Shown: positions 1-14,498, numbered from the stretch's first letter. The stretch: DNA of 64,000 nucleotides from Saccostrea cucullata (GCF_032062105.1 NW_026929032.1:248001-312000); one strand, 5' to 3'. Numbers and translations: made by a program. Notes: generated by a model not told the origin, from the sequence alone.

Positions 1-1729
1 AACCATATACCCCGAATCTTTTATAAAAAAAAAAAGGCATAATGAACAAAATGAAGCATGCAGGATTGTGAAAATGATTGATATGAAAACTGATTTTATA
101 ATGTGTAAGATAAATGACAACAAGTTATATGAAGAAATAAATTCTTGCTGTCTAAAACCGCTACGAATTTTTCAAGTTCAGAACTCTACAAAAGGACAGG
201 AAAATGCGCCTTAATATCAGAGGTAAAGGGCAGGTATAATATTATGTTAAAAAAAAAAAGAAGAGAAAACAAAAATATTTTTTTCCGACAGCAGAGATAA
301 ATCTGTGCATTGGTTGTCATTTTGATATATTTGAATAACAAGTCATCAGAAATTGATAGACAAAAAGGAATTTACAAATATCATACCTTGTACATGTAGC
401 AAATGAAACAATGCGCTGTTATTAAACAATTAGATGATACGTTCTTTTTCAAAGATAAACAATTGTCATGCTGGTCAGAATATTCTTCTAAATGAGTCTT
501 TTTATGTCAATCCATCAGTAAAATAAATATTTCCAATCTTAAAAAAATAACAAAAGATAACAACAATATCAGGATATACATTATTTCAAAATAACAGTCA
601 TTTTACATTGGTTTTCCACGGGTAAAAATATGTCTAGTGACATAATATGTCATAAATATATGCCATTGCATAAGTTTAAATATTCTCAATCGTAGTATTT
701 CTTTTTACTCCAAGTAAGGTTTTATGATTCAATAAAAACAGGATGTACGGGGTATTTCAGAAAACATGCAACCATTTTGAATGATTAATTTTACTGGTGT
801 TTCAACCAATACCATGCAACAACATACATGTATTAATGCATTAACGCTGGGTTTTTTACTAAGCGAACTGTGAAATTGATTTGAATACCATTTAAAAATC
901 TAATGTAGAAATAAACACAGAAATTCAAAAGAATTATACGACATCACAGATGTTAATTAGTTTACTGTTTAAGGTTGTTACGATATAAGGCAGCGAGAAA
1001 ATCAAATATTGATGATATTTTTGGTGCTTTCAAACAGGTAAAATGTGTTTTGAAGTGTAACTTTAAAACATTCCTCAATTAATTGTCACAATTCATTCTT
1101 ATAAAAATAGAGTTGATATGGCAAATAGATTACGAATTATATACAAAAGAAAAAACAATCTTGTTAAGTTTCACATAGTTCGTCATTTTTACTGAATGAA
1201 TAAATCTATCCGATGCGAAAAAGTTCTCATTTCTATAGTTATTGCAGAGAGTCTCTTGGTAATGAATCAGGTCTCAGTTTTCGGACCATTTTAAATTTGC
1301 TGTGTTTTATAAACTTTGACCTTAAATCATCCCCACAGATAAAAGTCAAGGGGTAATGGGTCAAGTGAGTGTGGACACCCATTTAAGCAAATTTGAAAAA
1401 GTTGAATGGTCCTCCAAACATTTGTTCTAGCAAGACCAAGGTTTAAGTTTCAAAACTAATTCAGCATCTGATTAACACATGACTTGCACAATTTGTTCAC
1501 TAAAACAGTCATTTTACAAAAGCATCCCATGCGAGTTTCTGTCACAATACCTCTTTTGTAACATTCTAAATGTTTTCGATTTTTCCGATTGTCTTTTTCT
1601 TCAATTTTTTCTCTAAATTTCTTTGATCATGCATTAGTTCTTCTATCATCTCTCCTGATTTCCGTAAAGGTGGAAGAACACATTTTTATGCAAAAACTGA
1701 TTTATTGACTATTGCATCTAAGCCTCACA

Positions 1730-1900
1730 AATGATGATAAGGAGCACAGGGCGGGTGTGACTTGTCGGCAGGGGATGCTCACTCCTACATGGCACCTGAT
1801 CCCACCTCTAATGTTTTGGAGGTCCGTGTTTGCCCTGCTACCATTTTGAGGACATTTGATCCTGAATACTGTTGGTTATGTCCATATCTTTCATTGACAA
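1730..1900 (+). repeat. Dispersed retroelement tail repeat (related copies at ~21850, 26920, 30015, 30540, 51295)
   Basis: GGAGCACAGGGCGGGTGTGACTTGTCGGCAGGGGATGCTCACTCCTACATGGCACCTGATCCCACCTCT...GGAGGTCCGTG recurs, whole or in part, six times in the window; some copies follow Penelope-like RT sequence. Confidence 0.7.
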
Positions 1901-2570
1901 CTATTCTCCCTTGCTCTTTTAGAAAGAGGGTTAGTACTTTGGGTCTGTCTCAGACTCCACTTTCTGATTTTTTGCCCGGTTTAGTCATTTTGTAATTTTG
2001 AAACATAAATTGAAGAAATAATAAGCTGCAGGAATATTCAAATGTTGTAGAGGAACTCAATTCGTACTAATCATATCTGATTATTTAATAAGCGAGTGAG
2101 CGAGCCATAAAAACTCAATATGAAGGACGCATTCTTTTGTTCTTTATATTTCGTAAAAAACACAACTGTCACCCCACCCTTAGATATTTACATTGTGATG
2201 ATCCCTAGGAACCATAGGAATGTTTAAAAAAACAAATCTACATTCTTTCAATCTTCAAATCCAGCATCAAAGATTCAGTTTGCGTATTGTTTTCCTGCTT
2301 ATAAAACACTACATTGTACAAGGTAAAATTTTTACCCTTAACCATTTTGTTCATGTAGTTATAATATTTAAAAAAACCTATTTCATCCAATGTTTAAAGT
2401 ATAATAGTATTATTTCAAGGTTTAAAACAAAAACAAGGGAAAATTGCTAGGGCAAGCCCTGAAACCAAATGATGTGCTGACACTCAATATGATCAAATGG
2501 CTGTTAAAAGAAACAAAATAATCATGAAATAGAAGTTTTACTTGAAAAAGCGGGCACAATATTAGAATAT

Positions 2571-5373
2571 TCATCCAACTATCTCTCCATGTTCAATCCT
2601 AAAAAAATAAAACAGCGTTAGAAAAATAAATGTCATTATAACTTCATGGTGTATGCTTACTAACTTAATTTCTTGATATTTCAGAGTAGTTTCTACAGCT
2701 GCAATATTGTGATATTTTACGACGGTTTTAACCTAGCTGCGTCGTTTGTCATAAAATTGTTTTGTTAGTTGACCTTTATCGTCTATTGCAAGTAAACCAT
2801 CCAAATATGAAACAAATAAAGGAGACCCTTTGGTGTCTTTTATTTCAAGTTGCGAGTAGTTACGTACCTAAAATATTCTTTTCAAAAAAAAAAAAAAATC
2901 TTTATATAACCCATTTCAAGAATTACTTACCTAACGCGCATTTCTTAACTGATATCGCAGATATGGGTGTAAAGATTTTACAAAAGAAATTTAGATTTGC
3001 GAAAGCAACTTTTAACCAAATGGTAAAATATACAGCCAAATGTTTACTTTTTACATTAAAAATTCAAAATTTTGATTTTTATAAGTCCTGCAATGAAAGT
3101 ATCTATTCATTTCAAAATCATGGTCTTACTCTTTTTCACAAATAAATCCATATTTTTGATCGCAGGGTGAATCATTCCAATGATATTTGTCAGATCCACC
3201 ACCCATCATCATTAAGCAACTCTCATGCAGCGCCCCGTTAGGTTCGCCAGGATACCAATCTGCGTAGCTTATTCTTTTTTGGGATGTTATCCAGATCCAT
3301 TGACCATCGACCAAAACATCTGTGCCTCCAATCCAAAAATGCACTGTAAATTTAAAGATTTAAGGAATCAAATACTTGAGGGAAAATATCAAAAAAAAGA
3401 GTTTTCTTCAATTAATTGAATTATTAATTTTATAATCTTTCTTTTGTAAAAGAAGTTGTATTATTTCTAGTGCTATGTACATTACATCCGGGTTGCCATC
3501 TTGAGTTAACTTCTTCAAGAATCCAATCACTTTAATATATTAAGTAAATACCATATTTGTTAAATTACCTCCAGCTTGCTGGTAATTGTCAATTGCATGC
3601 ATTCGAAGGAAGTTGTTTTCTTCTCTAGTCTCAATTTCTGCAAGCTTTGCACCCATACGATTACAGAAAGACTGAAAGAAATATTTTTATTTTACATGTT
3701 TGTTTAAATCAACATTTGCCCTTTACAGTTGTTTGGTTTATACGAATCTAATGTATGCGGTTGCTTGCATCTCTAACAATATGATTATTTCTTATAGGGG
3801 GTTGCCTATTATAATTGTTAAGAGGTGGTTCGTAAAGTATCTTCTTTTTCTTGATTTGTGAGCCATTCTTTGATTGCAAGTTTAGTAACAAATATCAAAC
3901 AAGCATGATTATTATTATGGCAATAATGTTAAATGTTCGAGCTTTTATCTCGGTGAAAAATCCAGGAAGAACAATGGCAGAAGTTTTCGAGTTTATGTTT
4001 GCATCCAGGGGCTTTCGAATTGTAAAATGTAAAACAGTTGCAAATTAAACTTTGGTATCATGAATAATGATACAAAGAATACCATGCATATGTTAAACTA
4101 ATTAGAGTTAGTCCAAACCACTTATTCCCTAAGTTATTTACTAGTATAATCCTTGATATCTTGGAGTTATTTTTTAAGGTTTCATTGTATTCGACTTAAG
4201 GTTTGACTGTATATACATGTATCTTTTCTGAAGGAATGACTGAATAAAGTTACCCCGGCTTCCGTCCAGTCTTCTGGATAACCGGTGGCAAATACATAAC
4301 AGGATGTCTGGAAATGGATCCATGCTGCCGGACACGGAGCTTCCCCATGGGTAACATATGCAATACAGCTTAAGGATAACACTAAAAATGTCAAAAAAGA
4401 AAAAAAAAACAGATACCGGTATCAAACTTAAGGGGGCCGACTATGGTTTTATAGTGTGAAAAATGCAATAGCGAAACTATTCATTTTCATACCATATATA
4501 ACTAACATTAACTTAAGTGTACATGCAAAATTTGGTGAAAATCTACCGCCCAGGTATTTTTCACGGACCGTCTCAAAATACAGATACATTTACTATAGAA
4601 TTATATGGGAAAGTGCCAATTTTTCGCACTCTAATGCAAATTATACAAATGCTACAATAGACTTTTTGCTCAAACTATAATATATCATGGGTAATACTAA
4701 ATTGTACATTATATGTAAGAACCACAAAATTCTACCGCCCTGTTTCCAGAGGGGGCATCTCAAAATACCAAAATATAACGAATTTCCTTGTTTTTATAGA
4801 GTACTACAAAATATGACCCCTACAAAGGATTCATTAAAAAAATTATAAATATGACGGAGAGATTATCAAATATCTATGTTCTAAAATTCAAGATCATACG
4901 TTTATTACTTTTTCTTTTATAACATTTTTTATTACCCCATCTTTGAGAGCGTCACGTTATCTAACGTCAAAAACACACTATTACGACGCCAATCTACCTG
5001 TCACTTTAAAATCCTTTTAAAAATCAGTTATTTAAAATTATGAAAAAAAAATTCTATCCGTAATTTCTTAATTTTGTTTTATTTTATCAATTAAGTGAAA
5101 AAAGTTGCTTTAAAACAGTAAAAACGCTTCATTTTACTATGATGCGCGAAATATTGCGCAATGGAAACCACAGTCGGCCCCCTTAAATGATTATTATTAA
5201 TACATTACGGATATTTGTTAACATCATGTCAATTTAATTGCTCAAGCGCGGTTAAACCTTATGATATGATTTCCATATCACTTGTAGATTGGATGTTGGA
5301 TGTCAATTAGATCAAAATTATTTTCATAGTAAACACACAATCCCGCAAGACAACCAAAGTACTGACCAATCAT
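2571..5373 (-). CDS. C-type lectin (perlucin-like), copy 1; exons 5367-5373 (tentative), 4254-4381, 3569-3671, 3130-3343, 2571-2598
   Basis: GT-AG exons join in frame: (MI)VLSLSCIAYVTHGEAPCPAAWIHFQTSCYVFATGYPEDWTEAG/SFCNRMGAKLAEIETREENNFL.../VHFWIGGTD...YADWYPGEPNGALHESC...WNDSPCDQKYGFICEKE/IEHGEIVG*. Long-form CTLD cysteines, WIG, EPN and WND motifs are present. The first exon (ATG ATT G|gtcagt) is only a phase-compatible candidate. Confidence 0.9.
4432..5182. mobile_element. Non-autonomous Kolobok-type DNA transposon (MITE), 751 bp, in the 5' intron of lectin copy 1
   Basis: TIRs GGGGGCCGACTATGGTTT / AAACCACAGTCGGCCCCC (1 mismatch) flanked by TTAA at 4428-4431 and 5183-5186. GG...CC termini with a TTAA TSD fit Kolobok rather than piggyBac. 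Confidence 0.85.
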
Positions 5374-8300
5374 TTTGAAGCGATTGAAGCAAATGAGCAA
5401 TTACACGTGGTCTGTCTAAGTCCATTTTACGTTATCTTTTTGATATAGCAATATTAAAAAAAAAAGTTTTGATTTTAAACTTCATGAAATGAGTAAATCT
5501 GAAATTTTTAATACACTGGATGCTTTTCTTTAATGGAAGATCCGAAATATTGAGTTTTGTGTATAAAACATGCCTTTTTCAGCTTTCGCCTGCAAACATT
5601 TGCCAATTTACTGTAGAAGTGTAGCCACGTTTGTTTTTCTTCCATCCGATTACTTTATAGCTAAATATAGAATGAATATATACAAAAAGCAAAAACGGCT
5701 TGGATTGACCATGTGGCGATTGCTGCTCACTGCAAATCCCATACCCGTCACACTAATTTAATACGACTGGTCAGCTCTGTCTTTAATGTTCCTTAAAATC
5801 TTTGTTTCATATGCAGAGTGATTGATTTCATCGTTGTTTTCATCGAAATCAAACACACAATAGATGGATAATGCGATAAGTTTATAACTTTTAACGATGT
5901 TCGACCAACGAACTGATCATTGTACGTCGTGAATCGAATGTTAAATGCTTTCAAAAGTCCCAAAGAAGTATACTTATATTTCATCGAACAGATAATTGTT
6001 TTTAATCATTTTCATCTACATGTACTCAAAGGGTTTGCACTTACCGAAAACAAAAAAATAGTCCATAACTTTCATGTCTACTCAAAGAAAATCTTCCAGA
6101 ATAATGACTCTGTATAGATTTCACAAGAAGTTGTATGTACTTACCTGTTATCTGTCACTAAAATCGACATCTAATCGCTTTTCTATTCTGACCCTTTAAA
6201 CAGTACAAAATGAATAATTGAAAGACATAAGATATAATATTTTTGACGAAGGTACTTGATTTATAATTTCTAGACAAATGTTCTACATGTATATCTATTT
6301 GTAAAGGCCACTGCAGTAAGGGTCTAGCACGACAAATTTTTCAGGTAAGAATGAAAATAAAGAAGTCAGACACCATCATCAGAAATTAACTAACATGATT
6401 GATTTTGATCTGTATATTAAGTTTAATTCGCAGTACTAGTAAATGAATGCAAAGCAAAATACTTTCAATGAAGCTAATGCAAATCAAACCGCGTTCACAC
6501 AACATCTAATGCAAAGTAAAATTACTGATTTTTTTTTTTATTTCTACAATTAGACTTTATTACTTTATTTACAAATTACGTCACATTGTGCAAAGCAGAT
6601 CTATTTTACATTATGTCATGGTGTCTGTACATATTTCAGTGATTAACATAATTTTCCTTTGTTTTCCACTCAAACTTAAAACAAGAACTTTTATCTGACC
6701 ACCAACCTGTGGTATGACTTAATTCTGTTGATTATAAATATTCTCTTAAAGTTATAGGGATTTCTGGCTAGTTTTTGAGAAATGTTTACGATGGATCAAA
6801 TTAGTAATATGATAGTCAAAAAGCCAACCAACCTCTTGAATTGAGCCTCTTGAACCTCTTATCAATTTATGAGAGAGTATATTTCACTTAAACTGTCCAT
6901 TGTCTTTAGCCAGATCTTCCTTGATCATCTTTCTTTTTAGTCTTTATCCTTGGCCTCTTCATATACTTTCAAATCCAAACTTGAACTATTACATTCCTTT
7001 CTGGCTGGAAAAGTGAATTCATGTATAGTAATTACCTGTGAAGATAAATAACGCTACCTAATGCCCATATCTTCATTAATATTCAATGATTTTTTGCAAG
7101 TTTGTAAACGATCCCTCCTCTGAGCTTCAGTAGTTATATGTGGAATCAACGTCAAGTTAGACTTTTTAAAAAGTAAAAACACTATCTATGAAATTCCTAC
7201 ACATCTTGCTATTTCTCTGACGGTAAGTAGTGATGACTGCTCTTGGCAGTTTTACTGAGAGTTTAATTAGTCGTGGGAATCATCCGGTATACCACTCTTA
7301 AACTTAATAAGCAATGTGTAAATTGTCTTTTTTTAAAATAACAGTCCCACTTTTTATCCTAACAATTTCCTCATATACTTCATTTCGACCTTCTTATTTA
7401 TACTAATTACAGTAAAAAAGAGCAAGATATCTTTTAGTAAAATTTTTCGGTTATAGACTGATATAACGAATTTACGGATATAGCGAACTGATTTCAAGAA
7501 ATTTATATCTTTTATAACGAACTTTCAAAGATCTCAAAATTTCATAGATTTAACCAATTTTTTTTTTTAGCTTTTGTATATAAAATTCAATTCATAGCAA
7601 ACCTTAGTTATCTAAGGTCTATTTTTTACGTAACTATAACTTTGATGTCCAGTGTATATAACGAATTACGGATAAGAATTAAATCAATATTGCAAGTGTA
7701 AGTGTGTGCGATTCAGAGTACACAGAATTGTTCCAAATTTTGGAATAATGTCAACTAAAGATATATTCATTCATGAATAACAAATTTCGAATCACTGATC
7801 TAATTTATATTGAAAAGCATTTGTGACAAAAAATATTATACGCCCCTCCTATTTTTCTATAATTATCAGATTACTATCATCTTTACCAAAATGAATTAAG
7901 CCAAATCTGGCACATCTAATTTAAAAGAATAATGTGGCACACGATAACATCATCTTAATCATACATATATCATCATTATTTCTGTTTAAACAGCATATTA
8001 CTTTAATTTGCTTTTCAAAAAAAAAAAAAAAAAGGAAGAAGAAGAATGGAAAGGATCATCGTAAAATTGTACGACTGATTACTTTATTTAAAAAACGCTT
8101 CAATTTAACTACATATTTTGTATTCACAATAACATGTTACGTGTAAAAGTAGTCAGGCATTAATGAGAAAAACTCCTACCTGATAAATGCACTGAGATAC
8201 ATCCCCCCTTGTAATCAGCATTGTTCGGTATGTTTTGGACGCAATGGTTTCAAAGAAATCTCAAGAGCTTGATCGAGTTATTTACCTGTTTCCAATTTTC

Positions 8301-9254
8301 TTTTTTTAAACAGCCATAGAAACTTTAGATTTCATGTTATATGGCGACCTTCTTCCTAAAACAGTTTTCTTATTGATATTCAAAAAAGGCAGAAATATGG
8401 ACATAAATGTTGTCGAATTTCAAATTAAAATTAATTGAATAAATTCTGATTCCGAATTCCAATTAATTATACTTTCACCGTTATTTAACTTATAGTAACT
8501 GAGCAATTATTTTAAGCATCATGGCAAATTCTGATAAGTTGGATATAAGAAATTAAAATGATTCTTTCACAATCAGGATATTATAAATGCTAAACATAAA
8601 GCCCGTATGTTCTTAAAAAGTAGCAGAAGACATAAATTTTCAGTGGAATTTTTTTTCAGTACACGGAAATATTTTGAGATATAATTTTTATAGCAGTCCA
8701 AAAATTAATGTGGGCGACATGGCAGACACTATTTTCTAAAGGAAAATTAGCACAGAAATGAGCCATTTTTAAGCTTTTTGCATTAAATTTGGAAATGTAC
8801 CAAATAAATGACGTCATATTTCAAGAAAGGTCTGCCTTCATGCCACATTCTTTAATGATTTATCATATTCATATACTCGATTATTGTTTAAGCTAATTTA
8901 ATAACTTTTTAAGAACATTAAATTTTTAGGGCACAATAAAGCTCAAACTGTACCTTCTTCTTCTGATAGTTGATGATGATTTCACAATCAGGATATTATA
9001 CAAACATAGCCCTTTCATGAGGTCAGTACACAATTATGTCAACGCATGAGATAAAAAACATTTTATACTTAATGCAAGTATTTTATGACTTACATATAGC
9101 TTTAGGAAAATATATGATATTAGCTTTTAATTATTGAACAGAAAGGAAATCATTCCAGAACAGTTATATTTTTTTTTAATTTTAAACCGAATGGTTTTAA
9201 TTCAAAATTGTCTCATTTGAAGAATGTAAGATAAACATTCAATGATAAATGAAA

Positions 9255-12113
9255 TCAGCCGATGATTGTGCTTGGATCTCCATCATTCCTTAGGCTGAAA
9301 AAAATTCAAATACGGACTTGGATTGATTGATATTATACATTGTAATATTCTAGATATTATTCGAAAATTTTCACTCATATATAGAGCCGCGTCACCAAAT
9401 ACTGTCAAAGAGTTTCTAATTTAGACCTTTTCATGGCACTAAAATACTTGATCAGTGAAGAACCTTTATCGTGTAAGCGTCTGTCGTGGCAAGAGACCTC
9501 GGTGTTGAAGGTCTCATTTTTTTCGTTTTAAACTATTGAGTGCCTTGCAAAGGAACAGTTGTTACATGTATCTTTGATAAACGACTTTGGTCAGTCGCGA
9601 CTCTATCTTCAAAGTTTCCGAACACGCCTCGAGCGATCTAACGAACAATAATGACTTTTATACAGTTGTGTACCTTGCAATAACGTTATCATTTGGATTC
9701 CATAAAATGCATGGATGTCAGTTAAAAGCAGCAAGAAGTGGACGTTAAACTGAACTGTGGCAAATGCACATATTTATATTGCTAATTGGTTTGAATATAA
9801 TATGCGATGGCTGTTCGGAAAGATTATGGGCCATATTACATTGTAATCTTCGTAATTTTATTTTAAAGAAGTTTCAAGTAAATATAGTATCAAAAGTAAA
9901 TATATTTTTTTTGATGATGTGTTCAGGTAAGGTCAAATGCAATGTAGTTTAAACTTTTTGGGTTCTTCCCTGGAGTTGATTGTTTCCACTAAATGAAGGA
10001 CCCGTGTGAAATACTTTTAATGTCTATATATGGATTTGTGCACCTCTTCTAAAACAATTTTTGATTAAAAAAATATCTGGAATTTATGTTTTGTAATTTT
10101 TGTGCATTTTTCTTTGAATGATGCAAATTTTTTTTTACAATTTGATATCTTTTTAAAACCCCTAGTAACGCATGCTGATTTTTTTTATCTAAGAACATGT
10201 AATGGTATTGTAAGTTTAAATTTACAATATCTTCAAAATTATCAGTAGGTGAGATACGTTGCGTTTGTCCTTAAATTTCATATCATTTTGAAAGAAATCA
10301 TGTTACTTAAAATTTATAACAACATGTTTTGTAACCATGGAACACTGTTTACAGCACCGTAATGTCAAAAACAGTGTCAAGAACATCTAAAAAAAAAAAT
10401 ATTCCGAAAGTCCACAAAATTTGCAAACACTCCTTGTTTATATATTTGTATGCAAAATACTACTCTTCAAAGCATTGATTTTTATGTTTTGATCAGATAG
10501 AATATGTTTAAAGTCATATTTATTGTATTTTTTTTTTTATCACCTCAACTAATATTTACAGTATGTATATACTACATATCACATATATGTATACTTTTTG
10601 ACCTCAAGATTATTTATAATTCATAAACGAAAAAGTTTTGCAGGTTTGAAATCAATTGTTAAAAGTTAAACAATATATTTTTTTAATTATAGTAAGTATC
10701 CCCAAACTTGGAATTTGCTTTACGTTATGAGTATCACAAATGACCAAAAATTGCAATCTTACTTTTTCGCATATGAAGAAAAGCTTCGAATCGCAGGGTT
10801 GATCGTTCCAATGGAACTTGGATGCTCCATTGTGTAACATTAAGCAGCTCTCATGCAGACCACCGTTGGGTTCACCAGGGTTCCAATCTGCGAAGCTTAT
10901 TTTCTTTTGTGTAGTTATCCAGATCCATTCACCGTCAATTAAAACATCTGTACGTCCCTATCCAAAAGCTCCCTATAAAAATTACAATTAACCATCTTCT
11001 GAAGCAAAAAATATGATATCGGTTGTTTTTAATTTGTATAATTCCTCTGCTTTAGTATCTGTTGGCAACATCATTCAGAGAAGAAAATAAGTACAGGTTC
11101 TACCAACACTATTTTGAAATTACAGGAAATCTAAGATTATTTTATACAAAATTATTTGGTACACTGTAACATAAAACCTAGATTTAACAAGAAAAATTCC
11201 CTTCGAAAAGATCTTTAAATTTTGAATTTTTAGGAATTGAAATATCAAATGAATTTTGATTATATTGCATGAAGAGGTTACCGTCTACATTTATAGAAAT
11301 ATTTTTATGAATAGAAAATACCTTTTAAAACTTAAACTCATATTTATTCATGCAAAGTTAAAAAAAGAGAATGCTCAAGGTTGACTTTCACCCAAAGTCT
11401 GTTGTATTATACATGTAATTGTCTCTTTTGTATTATTACCTCCAGTTTGCTGGTAATTGTCAATGGCATGCAATCGAAGAAAGCTGTCTTCTTCTGCAGT
11501 TTCAATTTCTGCTAGCTTTGCACCCATTCGATTACAAAAAGACTGAAAATTCAATTATATTCTTATTCATAGTACTCTTATTTCTACTTATGTAAATTTG
11601 AAACTTATTTCTAGTGAAAATTAAGTTATAAATTCCTTTATCTTAAAATATTTCCAGTTGGTATTTGATTGATTGTCCGAATAAAGCTACCCCAGCTTCC
11701 GTCCAGTCTACAGGATAACCGGTGGCAAATACATAACAGGACGTGTGGAAGTGGATCCATGGGGCAGGACATGGAGTTTCCCCACGAGTGAGACGTGCAA
11801 CACAAAATAACAACACTGAAAAGGTACACAGAACATTTATTTGCAGGATCTCTACAACATTTAGACGTATTACTTTTTTATTTATTGTTAGAAGGTTAAT
11901 TGAAAAGACAAGACTCTATATAAAATCTTGATCCTTTAGGGGGAAATAAAATAAGGTGTCCACAGTCAACCTAAATCACGGATAAGATAAAGCATGTCCC
12001 AGTTCTCTACCTAGTATGCATATATTTCGATCAGGTTTAGCATTAAAATCATTTTTGGAATTAGTTAAGGAGGTTCACTTACCGAATTCGAAAAGGTAAA
12101 CCAAACCGTTCAT
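9255..12113 (-). pseudogene. C-type lectin (perlucin-like), copy 2, frameshifted; exons 12083-12113, 11691-11815, 11440-11542, 10763-10972, 9255-9294
   Basis: MNGLVYLFEF/VLLFCVARLTRGETPCPAPWIHFHTSCYVFATGYPVDWTEAG/SFCNRMGAKLAEIETAEEDSFL... is highly similar to copy 1, with EPN and WND intact. An extra base in GGG (10956-10958) gives a TGA at 10935-10937, and the exon 4 donor is out of phase with the last exon (LRNDGDPSTIIG*). Both lesions lie in homopolymers, so they may be assembly errors. Confidence 0.8.
9320..9640 (-). mobile_element. Degenerate SINE-like repeat in the last intron of lectin copy 2
   Basis: GATTGATTGA tail followed by ...TTCACTCATATA...CGTCACC...CTTTATCGTG...GACCTCGGT...GGTCTCAT. 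This resembles, from memory, the reverse complement of an abundant oyster SINE. Boundaries approximate. Confidence 0.5.
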
Positions 12114-12569
12114 GTCAGTATCAGGAGAAATCCTCTACAGAGTTGAACAACAGAGATAACCTTGTTACAGTTATCTTTCACTGAAATATAAATATGATCG
12201 GTCCTTTCTCCTTTCAACAGTCTACAATATGGTATTCATATATTTCATACTAAGGGTATATGTACATTTTCAGTAAAGAAAATATTTGATTATGTGATGG
12301 TATAATACGTATATGTAATATTTGCACGGCTCCGAGAATAGCTCAACTATAAGGATTAAAAGCAATGTTTTATTATGCACTGTCAAGTAAAGTATTTTTT
12401 TTTATCCTGTAATCCAATACCGTGTAATTTTAACAGGTATTAAAAAAATAAAATGGACCATCAGACATCAAATATAACTTTTTTTTATTTTTTAATGAAA
12501 GGAATTCAAACTATTAAACAAATAACACGAAGAAAATTGAACCTATTTTGCTATGACTATTTTTAAAGG

Positions 12570-14498
12570 TGTCATGGATTATCCGTGAAACTTTATTCAT
12601 GAACAGTACCTTATGGAAATATGGACCGTCATGGATTTGCAACAAAGAGACATGGCCATGTTGAAGCCCACGACCGACCTCTTTACATTCGCTAGTGGAA
12701 ACAGAAGAGGAATGCACGACAAAGTCAAACAACATTGCTACTAAACTAAAAAATATTTTGAACATCGTTGACGTATCAAGATTCAGCGATTACAAAAAAC
12801 TACTACATGTAGTTGCATAACTGCGATTTGTGAAAAATTGCCGAGTTTACACATCCGACAGAGAATTCAACAGTTTAACATCTGAAGAGCTGAACAGAGC
12901 CGAAAAGAACTTGATAAAAAGGATGTGAAAAGAACGCTTTTTCCACTGAAATTATGGAAATGAATTCCAATGGAGCCAAGCCATCTCTTATTAGACAGTT
13001 TCGTCTGTTTCTTGATACGGATGGATGCATACGCTGTAGAGGTAGGATTTGCTATGCCGAAATAGACAACGAGACGAAGAACCTTTATTTACTACCAAAG
13101 AAGGACACGTTTACACACAGATCATCAGAGATGCTCATCAGCGGAGTGGCCATTCTAGCACGAATGCAACAGTGTCATATCCGACAAAAGTTTTGGATAC
13201 CAGCCATCAGACAATTGTAAAATTGTACATGGAAAACACTATTCCTCACCAGAGCTGCCGCCTTTACCCTATTTTCGTACGGAGGAATCAGCGCCATTTA
13301 CTAGTACAGGAGTAGACTTCACAGGAGCTTTATTCGTCAAGTAACGGAACTGAAGAGAATCTAAAGCTTATATTTGCCTATTTACGTGAGCTAATACAAG
13401 AGCAGTTCATCTAGAGACAGTCAGTGATTTATCCAAACAATCATTCTTACCGGGTTCCGTAGATTTGCAAGACGAAGATCCGTGGCTAAGATAATCATCT
13501 GAGATAATGCGCCAACTTTCAAATCTGCAGCGAATTACCTGAAGCAACTGTTTGAATCTAAAACTCTTAAAGAGGAACTCGCAGATATGGGAGTTAACTG
13601 GAAATTCATTCCGAGGGCAGCTCCATGGTATGGAGGCTTTTGGAAGCGACTCATAGAAATTACCAAATGAACACTGAAGAAAATAATCGGTCATTCATAC
13701 ATCGATTTAGAAACTCTACAAACTGTAGTAACAGAGGTTGAAGCGATAGTTAATGACCGTTCGTTAACAAACGTTTCATCGAACCTGGAGGATCCAGAGC
13801 CACTAACACCATCACATCTACTGTATGGAAGAAGACTAACTTCCTTACCATACCCGGCAGAGGAACAAGAGAATTCAAGCGATTGTCACCCATTGACTTG
13901 CCGTCGTCTAAACCAACGTCTGGATAATCAGAATACTATTTTGAATAACTTTTGGAGCCGCTGGGAAAGAGAATATTGACATCATTCAGAGAGTACCGTA
14001 CAGCAAATGGTAGCAGGTCGCAGACAATTAAAGTCGCTGATATTGTCTAAACCCAGGAGAAACCTCGGATCATGTGAAAACTAGCTGTCGTAGAGAAACT
14101 CATACAGGGGAGAGACGGATTCATTAGAGCTGCCACTTTACGGACCAAAAATGGACTATCCAACAGACCAATTGTGAAATTATATCCAATCGAAGTGAAT
14201 GAGAACGAACTTAGAATACTATATTCTGATCGAGTGTCAAAAAGCCAAAGAAAGAATCCGTGAATGAACTTGTTTTTATTTTAAATTTCAATGAACTATT
14301 AATTTGATTTGAACTTTTTAATATTCAAGTATAATTCATTTCGGTGCCCGGAGTGTCATGGATTATCCGCGGGTTAATGTAACGTACGTTAACGTTATTG
14401 TTACGTCACAATACTTTACGTTTAGTTTCTATAATTAATAACTTAGTATAAAATAAACCACTATACGATCAAGACGCATTTCTATTCTTTCCACAACA
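12570..14498 (+). mobile_element. BEL/Pao LTR retrotransposon, internally deleted and decayed
   Basis: TG...CA termini with a perfect 5-bp TSD AAAGG (12565-12569, 14499-14503). 3' LTR 14354-14498. Decayed pol C-terminus and integrase motifs: LWKYGPSW, PFTSTGVDFTG, ISDNAPTF, WKFIPRAAPWYGGFW, EVEAIVNDR, EPLTPSHLL, FWSRWEREY, RPIVKLYPIE, with stops and frameshifts. Confidence 0.92.

Noticed and set aside
6145-6170. ATG-containing exon with a strong donor as first coding exon of lectin copy 1
   Set aside because: Ends in phase 2, incompatible with the phase-1 acceptor at 4381; it may be a 5' UTR exon.
6830-7340. Purine-skewed stretch possibly from a decayed retroelement
   Set aside because: No diagnostic motif could be read.
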